Assembly (NCBI GenBank): GCA_001179505.1
Contig: CDMY01000603.1
Span: 62,001 to 126,000, forward strand
Source: Vitrella brassicaformis CCMP3155
Taxonomy: Eukaryota > Protista > Chromerida
Reading direction: 5' to 3'
Length of the DNA: 64,000 nt
Part shown: positions 1 to 13,036 of the stretch, piece by piece
Numbering within the stretch: the first letter of the stretch is position 1
How the letters are laid out: each line of letters begins with the position of its first letter
Notes under the pieces: model-generated
Databases searched by the model: none
What the model saw: only the letters and a program-made list of their open reading frames with translations
Told to the model about the DNA's origin: nothing
Made by a program: the position numbers and the translations under genes

Positions 1-33
1 CCTTCTCCCTATCCGCCGGACGGCCCCGCACCG

Positions 34-232
34 ATGAGCACCACCAGCAGTGGTGGCGGTGGTGGGACCGACATGCCTCTGGCACCACTCAAGATGGAGA
101 CATCACCACCGCAGCCGCAGCCACAGCCGCAGCCGTCATCGGCCTCACCCACCACCAGCACCACTAACACTCAGGAGGGCCCCCGGCAGACCGGCCGCAT
201 GTCGCACCACCAGCAGCTGCTCTTGATGCGAC

Positions 233-263
<31 letters not shown>

Positions 264-1297
264 AAGTAGCCAGGGCATTAACCCCTATTTGCAGGCGGGG
301 ACGGGCTATCAGCCGTCTTACGAGCAGCCGCAGCAGTGGGGCCAGGAGGGCTATGCCAATGCCTACCAGGTGTATCCCCCGTCCTCGCACCAGCGCGCAC
401 ACCCTTACGCACACCCATCAGCAGCGGATTACCAGCACCAGCAGCACCAGTACTACGGCCCGACTGCTGCTGCTGCTGGCTGCGAGCCGTCGCAGGCCCT
501 GACGTTAGAATCGAGGTCACAAAGCGCCCCTGAGTGAGCAAAGCGGACCGACACACACACACACACACACACGCACGCACACAGACGAACGATATGCACG
601 CAACCCTCTCTGTGTGGCGTGCCAGTTCCCATCATGTGCCTTCGCCCGGTGGTGGCGGCACACTGCCGCCGCTGGTGGCGGGCAGTGGGGGCAGTAAGGC
701 CGGGGAGGACCCCGCCTCGTCCAGTGGCTTGAACAGACATAGAATGGGTCAGTGGATGCATGGCATGGTCGGAGGCAATCCTTGTGCTGACGCATGTGTG
801 CTTGTGTGTGTGTTGGGGGTGGTGTGCAGGAGGCGAAGCTCATGGCGACATCGACGAGACAAGAGCCATAAGGTGCCTGAACCAACACCGCCCAGATAAG
901 TCCCACATCAAATCCCCGTGTGTCCACCAGGTCTGCCTTCAGCGGGGGTCTGTTCTACCGCTACAGCCGCCCCAAGCGCAAGTACTTCTCATGCCCCAGC
1001 GCCATGATCGACGCACAAGCCACCATGGACAAGGAACGAAGCCAACTCAAGCAGCACATCGAGCAGCAGCGCGTGTGGCGACAGCAGAAGCTCGCCGCGC
1101 GCAATGCCGCACGCACCCCCGGCTCGGACGCCCCACGGGACAGCCCGACCGAGCTCACGACCAACGACGAGATGAGTGAGCACAATGTCAGGGGCGGGGA
1201 GGGCGGAACGGGCAATGGCAATGGGAATGGGAATGTGGTCGTGTCGCCTAGTGCTGGGGAGGGTCAGCGAGAGGGAGGGGGAGGGGATAATACTTAG
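34..1297 (+). CDS. Hypothetical Q/P/G-rich low-complexity protein, about 4 exons
   Basis: ATG at 34. GT-AG introns at about 534-625, 748-829 and 883-930 keep one frame: ...GEDPASSSGLNRHRM|GGEAHGDIDETRAI|RSAFSGGLFYRYSRPKRKYFSCPSAMIDAQ...GGGDNT*. No family recognised. Confidence 0.6.
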
Positions 1298-2418
1298 AAA
1301 GACAGACCAGACAGGCGCTAGAATGGCCAGAATTGGTGGACGGACAGGCAGCAACGTTTTCTCTGCGTGACTTGAATCAGTGAGAGAGAGGATGGCGGGC
1401 TTGCTTTCAATTCGGCTGAGTGTACCATAATGCTTCGTGTGTCTGGTGCTTGCTTCCACACGGGATGTGCTCGGGGGGGAGGGAGGGGGCGGCGGCAGCA
1501 CAGCCGCGCTAGAGTGTGGACACTCTACGCCTAGCACAAGGCTCCACTTGATGCCTGCACACAATACAGGCACCGCACCTGAGGTGTCTGTCTGTCTGTC
1601 TGTCTGTCTGTGTCTCTGTGTGTGTGTGTGTGTGTGGGTGCTATTCTTCCAGTGCGTGCATTTATGCACGAGCAGCAGCCGCGCACACACCACCCCACAC
1701 CTGGCCACCACGTGTGTGGGGTCGTTCTAAGTGCGTCCGTACGCTGTACCTACTTGCTCATGGGGCCCTTCTTCCTATATTGCTCATTCTGCCACACGTC
1801 CTTTCCGTCTGTGGTTTGGGTGTACGTCGGATGTGGGTGAGAAGTGCTTCCTCGTTCATGAGATGGATGAGCAGGCGCCCGTTACCCACGGCCGATGGAC
1901 ACACAAGCCGCGGGCTCCCTACCTACCCTCCTGTTTCATTGTACAGACTACCAGGTGTAGGCAGACGTGGTGCGTGTGCGGGAGTTTATGCACCGCACCC
2001 GCGATAGAGCTTTTTAATGCTGGCTGGCGCAGCACCACTCCGCTCCCCTTGGATCGAACCCTGCTTCTCTTTCATTTGTGTCTGTCTGTCTGTCTGTTGT
2101 GGTGGTGGTGATGTCGCTTGTGAGAGCGGCTGCTCAACTCAAATGCGTACGTACCGTTCCGTAGGCTGCATATGTGCACGCACAGACGAACGGACGGACC
2201 CCTTGCTTCCTTGGTTCATTCAACGATCATGGTCCATCATGATGATCCATCCAAAGGTCTAAATGCGAGAGAACTTGACTGCGATCGATACCCACCCATC
2301 GTGCCATGCACACGTACGCACGTGTGCTGCATTGTGCGTCAGGTCAAGTGGCTGCCACAATGAGTGCACCACTCACACCACTGCGATTATGAATGACCTC
2401 AGCTCGGCCATCCGTCCA

Positions 2419-5400
2419 TCACGCCCCGCCTCTTGGCCACCAGACTCGCCCTGCCTGTGTGGCCTTGTTCGTCGTGGTTGTTGTGATGAGGGACTCGTAC
2501 TGCGCGCCCTTGAGGATCTGTTTGGCCTGTACTAGCGCATCGATCTCTCTCTTGCGCTTCACACGCCGCGTCTCAAAGCTGCCCATCATCCAATCTGCAC
2601 ACACAATGAGTGGGTGCATGCCTGGACACACCATGAGGCAGACGGACACATGGGTTGCTGACCGCATGAGGGTTTGATCTTGCTGAGGTATGTGTGCATG
2701 TCGTCGATGAGTGCCTGCAGGCCGCCCGACTCCTTCTCAAGGCTGGCAACGGACCGCTCCAATGCAGCTATGTCACAATCATGACAAGAAACGCGGAGAG
2801 ACCATGCAGACGTGCGCATATATGGATAGTCACCGAACCTTTCCGCAATTTCAGGTCGAAATACTTCTTCTCCAGCGTCTCCATGCTGGCCACCATGTCG
2901 CCCTTCATCTGACGGAACTCGTCGCGGCTCGTCCGCTCCTCACCGTCCATCAGCTCAATGGATTTCTTCATGTCATTCTGCAGCGTCTCAAGCACCACCA
3001 AGATGCCCCTTGTCTGCATCTGCAGCCACAGAAAAGGGAAAGGTGAAAGCAGTGTCGCTTGTGTGCCCGCGGCAGGCCCACCTTCTTCGGCCCGCCAAAA
3101 GTGGCTTCGGGGTCGGCTGTGGGCGTGAAGGGGTCAGCATGCGACTGAAAGGCGCAGAGAGACCATAGACAAATCCATGACTGACAGCACGCAGTCTGTC
3201 TGTCTATGTGTCTACCTTGATTTGGGCGAGGGTCCCTTCTCCAATGTCGATTTTGTTGCGACGGTAGAAGTCCGTCAGTGCCCCGATCGTTTTATCCAGC
3301 AGCTCCACGGCAGCAATCGCATCTGGGAGACAGACAGACGGGCAAGGAGAAAACAATCCTGCAACCCATATATTCTGTGTATGTGTATGTTTGCTCATGG
3401 CATGGCGCCTTGCTCTGTTTTGCCTATTGGCGTTCTCGGCTTGGGTGCGGTTGGCCATGGCCTCGTACAGCGTCGTGTTGGTCGCTGACAACTCCTGAAC
3501 CGTCACATGCAGACAGACATCCATCAAAAAGAGAGACGCACATCCTTGTCCTGTCCGTCCGTGTGGGTGGTCGGGACAGTATCTGTGGCGTTCATGAGGC
3601 TTTCCACGTTAGTTCCCTCAATTTCCTTGTCAGCCAGCTCCTGCAGCTTCTTCTGGTGGGTGTGGCTGCGTACATAGACAGACAGACAGACAAGAAAGGA
3701 TCAACGAGGCATCGAGAGGCCCCTTGTTGCTGCTGACTTGGTTCTGTCGAGCTCATCAGCCTTGTCTGCACGCTCCTCGTCACACCTAAGTATGGCCAGC
3801 CAGAATGGCAGTAGCTATATGGCTCACTGGGTGGCTGGGTGGCTGGGTGGGTCTTTGGAAACAACAAACCAGTCTTTGTGTCTGATGTCCTCTGTCTCCT
3901 CCTTCCTGCATATGCCGATCATCTCATTGATGGCCTCCAACACTTGCTGGAACGAACCGTGCTACCACACCGATGGATGATAGACACACAGAAATGCAGT
4001 CATATATTTCAGAAATCGGGAGAGGTTCTCTCCATCGTTGTTCGACCTTTGTTTTGTCGGACAGGAGGTGTAGTCTTGGAGCATTTAGGACCGCGGCTGA
4101 CCTCTGCAGGTGCATGGCGACCTTGTTTCCCGATCGATGACGCGACACGTCCTGCAGCAGGGCCACACCTCTGCAGACGTGCACACAGACACACGCCCAT
4201 ACGAAGGCACAAGGAAGACATGCGGCTGCAGTTTAGTCACCCTCCGAGAAGTCTCTTGGCCTCGTCAGACTGCAGGTATCCGAGTGCCTCGTCGATGCCC
4301 TTGAGCTCCTCCGCTCGAAGGCGACTCCGGTCTGAGAGAATGGCAGCCAGGCAGGCGGCCTGCGAGACATGCCGGAGAAATGCGTTACTTCTTTACCAGT
4401 CCATTTCGCTGCCTTGTCCTTGCACGCCTTGTCAGTGTCCGCCACGAAGGCCTCGTCTGCGTGTCGGCAACGGAAAGCCGACAACCAGGATCAAAAGGGT
4501 GGGTTGTGGCTGGCATGTTTGCACTCGGATTCTCACCGACCGTTCTTGAGTTGCTTCTTGGTGTCTTCCATCGTCTGGCGGCTGTTGGTCTGACCACACA
4601 TAACATACACACAGAAGGGATGGATGGTGGGGTGTGTTGGATCTTGGGGTGGGATGGTGGGCATACGAGTGTCTGGCCGTGTGTGGCGTAGGCAGACTCC
4701 TTGTCCGTCAGCTCGGCCTGCATGTTGGTCAAGGCCGTTTGCTTCTCGCCCATGAGGCTTTCGTAGTTGGTGTGCTTGTCCTTCTCTTCCTACCCACACC
4801 ATGTCCATGCCAGCACATGTGCGCACACACAGACACACAGTGACGAAGATGTGTGGACGGGCTTACCGATATGGATGCGTCGAGGTTGTTCTTGAACTCG
4901 TCCTTCATGTTCTTGAGTATGCCGAATATGCTGCTCGACGAGGGCTGGTACTGCAGCCTGAACGTGGGAGACCTGACCATCGAAAGCATTGCAAACGAAT
5001 CCATCCATCCATCCATCAACACACGCGGACAAAAACGATTGTCGTGTGTGGGTACTGCTTGAGTTGTGGGTTGTCCGTGGCATCCGGCTGGCTGCTGGCG
5101 AGGAAGGTCCCCAGCGCCTGCCGCTGGTCCTCTGTGAGGGTCGACAGGGACGCCATCGAAACGGCATGACGGATCTCTGTATCAACGCCAAACACACATT
5201 CGGGTACACAGCCGTCCGTCGAGTGTGTTGCGTGTGTGTGTGCTCGTACACTCACTTGGCATGAGGTTTTTCAGTGCGACGCCCCGTGCAATGAGACTGG
5301 TGCTGCTGCTGGTGGTCAACGACTCGTCTTTGGCGCCGTGCACGGCTGTCATGACCTCTATGGCACGATCTAATGCATCGATGGCCTCCTCAAGCTCTGC

Positions 5401-6046
5401 ACACGTGATGCATTGGCATGGGAGCGATTCTTTGTTGTTCGCAAGCCCCATAAGTAAGCCCCATGTACCTACCTGCTTCGGTCTGTGCGTATGCCTGTAC
5501 TTCCTTATCGCGCATGGCCTCCGCCTCAGAGATGGACTTGTCGGCCTCGCCGATGTCCTGACCATCGATGATGCATATAGCCAGACAGGTGTAATGCCTC
5601 GTCATGACGCGGCTGGCCAGGGTGTGCACCTTCTTTAGTTTGGCGATTTGCGCCTCCAGCTGCCCTCGGCTGCCTTTATGGTTGAAGATCGTTGTCTGCA
5701 GCTCATCAATTAGGGCCCTGCAGTCAGTCGGCACACGACACGCACTGCAAACACCCCTGTATCTCTGTCCTTCTCTTCCATCTGACTTGGCGTCTTTGAT
5801 GTCTTTTTTCTTCCGGGCCAGGGTATCTTCGCACCAGCAGGCGTACTTATCATACGCACTCTGCTCGGAGGCGCCCCCCGCCACGATGTCGCCCCGCAGC
5901 TTGGAAATCATGCTCAAGATCTGCTGACGCGGACCTGCCGCTGATGGCGATGGTGCTGAAGGAGGATCTTGCCGCGGCTGCAAGATGGATCTTGCATTGC
6001 ACCTGGACCAGAAAAGGCCGACCAAAACGAAGGGAAGCACATTCAT
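2419..6046 (-). CDS. Secreted coiled-coil protein of the dinoflagellate/chromerid YDKYxCWC family, multi-exon
   Basis: Signal peptide MNVLPFVLVGLFWSRCNA. Motifs AYDKYACWCEDT, QYQPSSSSIFGILKNMKDEF, ACKDKAAKW...EELKGIDEALGYL and CDWMMGSFETRRVKRKREIDALVQAKQILKGA. Heptad-rich exons are separated by GT-AG introns. Confidence 0.75.
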
Positions 6047-6085
6047 TGCGGCAGATCAGTTGCCCCCTGTGGCCCCAAACCACTC

Positions 6086-6093
6086 GCGAGCTT
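6086..6093 (+). promoter_or_regulatory. GCGAGCTT motif in a 90-bp divergent intergenic region
   Basis: Lies between the ATGs at 6046(-) and 6137(+). The same motif recurs in other divergent promoters. Confidence 0.55.
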
Positions 6094-6136
6094 GAATATT
6101 CTCTCCCTTGTCTCCCGTGAGAAAGGCTACGATAAT

Positions 6137-7561
6137 ATGGGGAGGCTGCCTGCAATTCTGTATTCGTCCTATGGAGAGCGTATCCGCAAGGAGTCTCTGT
6201 CAGACATATCACATGCCTACAAGGAGCCTCACGACGTGAGCACCTTCGTCGACTACTATACCAGCCACCCGCTGCTGCGGCACAAACAGCGGCCCCCCTT
6301 CAACAGCTCCTATGAGTTCGCGCAGTGCCTCTGCCCAACATCACAACTGGTGAGAGCAGTGCCAGACATGAGCAAACCATGAGCAAACCACCATTCTGTT
6401 CTGTGCTTATGCGCACGCACTGATATCCATTGCAGGCGGGCGAGAGGCAGGCCAAGAAGCTCAACAAGAGGGACCCGCACTACCACCTGCGCCCCATCAT
6501 CGAGCCCCACTGCCAAGTCCGGCAAAACGACGCCGCCATGAGAGGTACACAAACGCAATAGAGGTGTGGATCATGCAGACAGGCTCCCTCATCCTGTTCC
6601 TGTGTCTGTCCGTGCAGCGTCCATCCGAGACCTTCTTTCTGTCTACCAGCCGGCCATCCGTCGGTCGAGGTCATCGGCCGACTTCGCCCTCTCGTCGCAG
6701 ATGAGAGAGCGGCCCTCCAAGCAGGTGGCCACCACAAACAGAATCCCGGTCCACACCAAGCTCTACAACCACACACCCGGCAGGTGGTACCTCCCTGACG
6801 GTGACCCTGACCAGCAGTCACCCCCTGACCATCCAGACGACCATGGCGACAATGGCAGAAGGAGAGACGGGACAGAGGTTGTGACGATACGAGAGGCGGT
6901 GCTGCATCCACCCGGTGGGGCTCTGGAGGGCGAGGACGAGTTTGTGTCCATCCTGTCGCTGCCTTTCTGCCCGCTCAAGAGCATGGACAGGAGCAAACCT
7001 TCTTCGCAGCTGCCGTCGTCATATGGTGGTGAGGGGCCGCCAGCCGCCGTGACGGCCATGAAAAGGCCTTTCACCAGCAATGGGATGGTGCGGCCCTCTT
7101 CCAGGCGACAAGGGGCGATGGACAGGACCAGCCAGATGCCCCCCCCTCCTCCCCCTCTGGCTTTCCCCCAGCAGCAGCCTCTCACCACTCATGACGTTTC
7201 TGTCGCCGCGCGGCCTGCCACGAGAGACGTGCACGCACAAACCATGATCCCGAGGAAAGAGAACAATAGTCACAACACGATCAGCCCTGGTGCACTCCCA
7301 GCCCATTCAGAAGACCCTCTGGGGATCCTGGAAGACCTCCCAATGCAGATAAGGTCGCTGGAGCCGTCACATGTCCGGCAGCCGACGGTGCCGAGGCCGC
7401 GGACGGGTGTGAGTGTGCCCAACAGCAGCCATCATCGGTACATGAAGAGCGCATTCCAGCTCAGAGGGGCCAGATATGCGCCAAGGCACCAGAGGGAGGG
7501 GCAGCAGAGGTGTCATGAAGGTGCTGGGGAGGATGGGTGGCTGCTGGAGGGGTGGACTTGA
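6137..7561 (+). CDS. Hypothetical protein, 3 exons, low-complexity C-terminus
   Basis: MGRLPAILYSSYGERIRKES...PTSQL|AGERQAKKLNKRDPHYHLRPIIEPHCQ...|ASIRDLLSVYQPAIRR...; introns at about 6350-6436 and 6544-6617; long terminal ORF ending at 7561. Confidence 0.6.
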
Positions 7562-8177
7562 TTGACTGACCGACGGGGTCATGCATGTGTGTGTGTGTGT
7601 GGAGGTGTGCAGTAGGTAGTCTCTTGTGGGTGGGTGGAGAATGCAATGCTTGGACACGGCGCAGCGCATGTCTGTCACGTCACATGAAACAAGTGAGGTG
7701 AAAGCGTTCGTTGTGTCTCTCTCGCGTCTCAAGGTCCCTCGTCTGTCTGTCTGTCTGTCTATGTACCATCGATGCCCGCCCAAAATGCGGCATCCATCGA
7801 CCCGACCCCATCGATGTGGTTGACTGGACATTTAACAAAGGCCTATATGTCTCCTTTCCTAATTTGCCGACCGGACGGGCGAATTAACCACAGGACGTGG
7901 GTAGGCAGGGAAGGAGAGAGAGAGGGAGGCAGTTCAGCACAGGGAGAGCGAGAGAGGGAGAAGGAAACCATGGCACCCGCCACGTATCGCATCATCAACA
8001 CGCCAGAATGGAACGTATAAAAGTACCCACCCGGCACACAACAAACGCATATATAGTTGCCTGCCTGACGCTAAACACACCTGAACGAGTAAATAATTCC
8101 CTCGCCACCCATATACACCCCCCACCCCAGACACACCTATTGACACACTGACCTCCATCCATCCATCCATCCATAAG

Positions 8178-11100
8178 TCAGCCCTTGCTGTCCTGGGGCG
8201 ACGACCTGCGCTCGCGAGACTTGCCGCCAAACAGCGCCCGCTGGTGGCCATGGCCATCCCCGTCCCTCTCTGCTGCTACCGGGCCGACATCGCCGCTGCC
8301 CGACTCCATCCGGTCCAGCATCTTCTGCCGGGGCGACTGCTCATCTGCAGAGGAGGTGCTACTATGGCGGTCCGGGTTCAGAGGGCTCTCCTCGGTCAGA
8401 AACGTTTTGTCAGACGGCTGCACATCACACAAGATGCCACAAACATATGGAGGGATGGGGCGAGGCGGGGAGAGTGCGTGTGGAATCGGCCCTGCTGCGA
8501 CCGAATGGCTGGTACCTACCGCGGTATCGTCTGTGCGTATAACCTGGTCAGTAGTCACGAGCGCAATGGCATGGTCTGGTGCGGCGGTGCAGGTGCCGGG
8601 GGCAGTGTCGGCACTCACCGGCGTGTAGGCCTCCTTGTTGGCACGCAGCCGGTCGTGGCGGTAGGTGAAGTGCAAAGACCCGTAGATGAAGAAGCAGATG
8701 CTCCAAGGCAACATCTGAATGGCCGGACACACAGACAGGAGATCACACACAGGGCTGGGCGTTGCGCGCGTCGCGCGCACCATTGAGAGGGTGAGTGAGT
8801 TAGCGAGCGCATTGACATTGTGTATGCGGGTCTCCTCCGACATGGTCTTCACGTCAAGCGTGCTCATCTTGTAGCCGAAAAACACCTGCACACATCGCAT
8901 CACAGCACAAACCGACATCAGCTCTCGTCTATCGTCTATCGTGTTTGTGCATCTGACATCGGACCTCAGCAAGGATGGCCACAGAAGGCTACACACACAC
9001 ACACACACACACACGCGTGTGGCTAGCACCTCCTCTACGGACCTACACCTTACCGCGCCGAAAACCGCAGCTGCCGCGCCCTCTATCGCCAGCAGCCACG
9101 CGAAGATCGTGGCTCGGTCCGCTGGGTCCACGATATCGGTGAGAATGGGGCGGTTGGTGGCCGCAGGGCACCACGCAGCCACCTGCACCACGCAGCGAGG
9201 TAGACCCCACAATTTCCCTCTGTTCCCTCCCTCCCTTCCTCCCTCCTTGCTCACTCACTCACCAGTCCTAGGAGGAACATGCCGATAAGAAAGGCCACGT
9301 ACCAGTCCGGCGAGCGGGGGATGATCTGCAGGATCAGGGCCGTCACGGGAATCCCCAGCGCGACAGACAGCTGAGCCGCTAAAGGGCGGCCGAGATTCTC
9401 GTTCCAGCGAGCGAGGGAGTCGCCCACATAGCCGCCGAGGAGGCCCCCGAGGCCGCCGCCCGCTTGCAGAGCAGCCCAGACAATCGCCGCTTGGTAGTCA
9501 GCAAAGCCGACGTATTGAAACCTTGAATGAAACGGACAGAGAATGGCCTGTGGTCGTTGTGGCCTCGCATTTGTGTGTCCTACCACATGGTGAAGAAGGC
9601 CATGGCGTTCCAGGGTATCCCGCCTCACGTCACACACACACACACAGCCACGGAGAGACGGTGAGATGGTGTTCGCGCCAGATGTGCGTTGCCTGCTCGT
9701 GTGTCCCATACCAAAGATGCCCTGCATCACGACGCCCCAGAATGTGGGCTTCCGGGCGATGAGGCGGATCTTCCGCACTTCCCGAAGCATACCACGCACT
9801 ACCTTCGCGCGCACGCCCTGCCCTCCCTCAGATGGGCTCTGGCAAACGAGAAAACACGCCAATAGGAGGTGGGTGCGGGGTAGTGTGTGCGATGGGGTGT
9901 TGTGCCTTCTCCTCTCTGCTTGCCTTTGAGGCGGTGGGCGAGTCATCTCCCTTGGTGGGCGCATGTCTTGGGAGACTCAGGTATGACATCGACACGAAGA
10001 CGCCGAGGCCGATGGACATCAGGCCCACCACCATGAAGCCAACGCGCCAACCGGACACACCTACACTCTCACACACAAATGAGAGGCAGCCGGAAGGCGT
10101 GTGGTTGCCTGGCTTCGTCCGTCGCTCACCGAGAATGTACATCTGGGACACGCTCGTGGTGGCAACTCCACCCACAATCGCCCCCACATTCTGCGACAGC
10201 TGCACCCAGCCTTCACACGCACAAACGCAACGCACATAAGGTAGATAGAGGGATGGACACAATCATCAGAGATAGTCAGTCCATTCTGTGTGCGAGTCGA
10301 GTTGCGTGTGCATCGATCATACCGAAGGCTCCGCCCCGCTCCTCGACGCCGAAGAGGTCCGCTATCATCGACTGTGAAAGGGGCCCAACGCCTGCACACA
10401 CACGCATATGCACACCACCATAGCTATCTTGTCCGTGTGCATGGGTCAGTGTGAATTGAGAACGCACTTGCAAGGGCAATGCCGTTGAGAGCGCGCAGTA
10501 CCACCATCTGCAGTGAGTGAAAAGGGAGGGACCCATCACACACACACACACACTCTCAGAAGGGGCAGCCAGCCAGGCCTACCTACCTCCCACAGTGTGG
10601 TCGAGGCCGCCAGCACTATCGTGATGACGCCCCACAGGATGCACCCGTAAGACTGCAGCACAAGACAAAACACACACGCACGATGCAGACACCCCTCCTT
10701 CCCACACCACCTTGTTTGTTTTGTGCCCTTTCCTTTTGTGACCTCTCCCTCCCTCAACCACTCAACAACTCACCAGGACGGTCTGCCTGCTGTAGCGGTC
10801 AGCCAGATACCCCCACACCGGCGCGCTGAGGCTCTGGAACAGACTCTGGTACAGCGACAGCTGGCTCAGATGCTGCGGCCGCAAGTGCAGCTCCCTCTCC
10901 AGAGCCCTGAATGTGCTCGGCAGCAGCTGCATATCCGCACCATCCAGCGCACAGGCCACGTTGAGGATGTTCTGGGTCTTCCGGCGGGTGCTGGGCGGGG
11001 CCTGCTTGGACTTGCCGCCGGGCTTGCCGCCCGGGGCCGGCCACACAAGGCCCGCCAGGCCGAAGCCGCCTCCGCCAAGTGAAGGGTTGTGGCCGGTGGT

Positions 11101-11184
11101 GCCGGGCTCGTCGGTATCGGTGGAGCTGTCGCTTGTGACTGACGGCATCGGCACCGCCGATCTCTCGTCTTTCCTTGCCGCCAT
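8178..11184 (-). CDS. Major facilitator superfamily transporter (spinster-like/MFS_1), multi-exon
   Basis: LNVACALDGADMQLLPSTFRALE; MFS motif A-like WGYLADRYSRQ; second-half GGYVGDSLARW; many hydrophobic TM exons; TGA at 8178-8180. Confidence 0.9.
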
Positions 11185-11313
11185 GCCTATCAGCGCTAAC
11201 CGGGAGGGAAGGGAAAAAGGTCCGGTATTTCGAGGTCAAGGGTTTCCGGGTCTAGGGTTTGAAATGCGTCGACTGGGCAAGCTGTTCGAAGCTGTTTCTC
11301 CCTCGCAGCACTG
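11185..11313. promoter_or_regulatory. 129-bp bidirectional promoter region (MFS/VPS28) with telo-box-like AGGGTTT x2
   Basis: Head-to-head ATGs. AGGGTTT at 11239-11245 and TAGGGTTT at 11253-11260. Confidence 0.45.
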
Positions 11314-12364
11314 ATGTATGACAGCGGCGGCGAGACCGTCGTCCTCACACCGGAGGAAACGGTGAATGGAACCACAGCCAGCACAGCGCACAGCACAGCA
11401 CATCACATCTGCAGGCCTCTCATCTCTTCCTGTCTGTCTATCTGTCTGCCCCGCAGCGTTCACTTCAGCACTCTGCGAACCTGTACTCCATCATCCGGAC
11501 AGTGGAGCACCTGGAGAAGGCCTTTGTCAACGGCTGGGTGATGGAGCAGGACTACGAGCGGGAGTGCATGTCGCTCATCGCACAGTTCAAGACGCTCCAG
11601 CGAGCCCTGAAGGACAAGTACCCCGACATCAGGGAGTTCCTCGACGAGTATGACCTCGACTGCCCTCTCGCCACCGACAGGCTGCTCGAGTCGGGCGTGC
11701 CCGCCACAAAGCTGTATGCCACCGGACAGGCGGCAAGCAAAGCCGAGGTGGGTGGGGTGTCTGTCTGTGTGGGCGTGTGGTGGTTTGGTTGGTGGCGAGG
11801 GGTCCTGGTGGAACGGATGGACGAACGAATTATGTGTGTGCAGTCGTTGCTGGTGTTTGAGTTGAGTGGGCATTTCATCACCCTGCTGGACGCTGTGAGG
11901 CTCAACCAACGCGCTGTCGACGAAGTAAGCCGAGAGAAACACACACACACGCTCATTGACGGACGGACGGCCCCACCCCACATGTGCACATCTCCCTGTC
12001 TGCCTGCCTGCTCGCCTGTGTTGACCCGAGCAGATTCAGCCATTGGTGTCTGAGTTGGTGTCGTCGCTGAACCGTGTGGGCAGTCTGCCCCACGACATGG
12101 CGGGCATACAGAAGGTCAAGGAATGGTGAGTGAGTGTGCACAGACAAAGTGCAGAAGAGAATGCCTGTGAGGCTCGCCTCGCACCGATGAGTGTGTTGGT
12201 TGTGTGTTGTGGCTGGATGTTGTGTGTACTATGTCTGCAGGATCTACACGCTGAACCGGATGTCGGCAACTGACGAGTTGTCGGACAGCCAGTCGCGTCA
12301 GCTGTCGATGGACGTGGAGAATGCCTACAGCGCCTTCAGGAACTGGCTGCAGTCACCACACTGA
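11314..12364 (+). CDS. VPS28: ESCRT-I subunit VPS28
   Basis: ANLYSIIRTVEHLEKAFV...YERECMSLIAQFK...CPLATDRLLESGVPAT; FITLLDAVRLNQRAVDE|IQPLVSEL; C-terminal MSATDELSDSQSRQLSMDVENAYSAF; TGA at 12362-12364. Confidence 0.93.
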
Positions 12365-13036
12365 CCGACCCGACCTACCGACTGCGGCCGGGTGTAACAT
12401 ACCTATCCAGATACATCTGTCTGCCTGCCTGCCTGCCTGCCTGCCTGTGGGGTGGGTGTGTGAGCATAGGCATGCACACACGCTGCTTGTTTTTGACCCA
12501 TGTTTGTTTTGATGTGTCGGCTGGTGCGGTGCGGTGCGGTGCGTGAGGAGATGATGAGCGGGGTGGGGTGGACGACACGACACACCTGTATAGGCGGGCG
12601 GGGCTGCGCGGGGGAAGGACAGGAAGAGAGAGAGGGAGCCATCCTTTATCATACAAACAATGACTTTCTTCCTGTTGTGTGTGTGTGTGAGTGATTCCGA
12701 TTGACTATTGGTTGCTTCCATCCATCGGACGAATGAATGCCAACATTGATGTCACTGTCATTGTCATTGTCCTGCCTTGAGGTGCATCGCCTCACTACGC
12801 AAACCAGGACAGACACGGACACAGCAACCCATCACATCAACCGACGGACGAAACAAACGCAACAACACCCTCTCACTCACACTCACACTCACACGCATCG
12901 CTCGTCTGGGCTGTACAGAGTAGATAGAGAGTGCAATGCAATGCCGACCCCTCCATGTATGTGCGCACAATGCACCCGGCACCCGGCACCCGCCGTATGT
13001 CGGTCGACAAGAAAGTGGGACGATCATCATGTGTGG

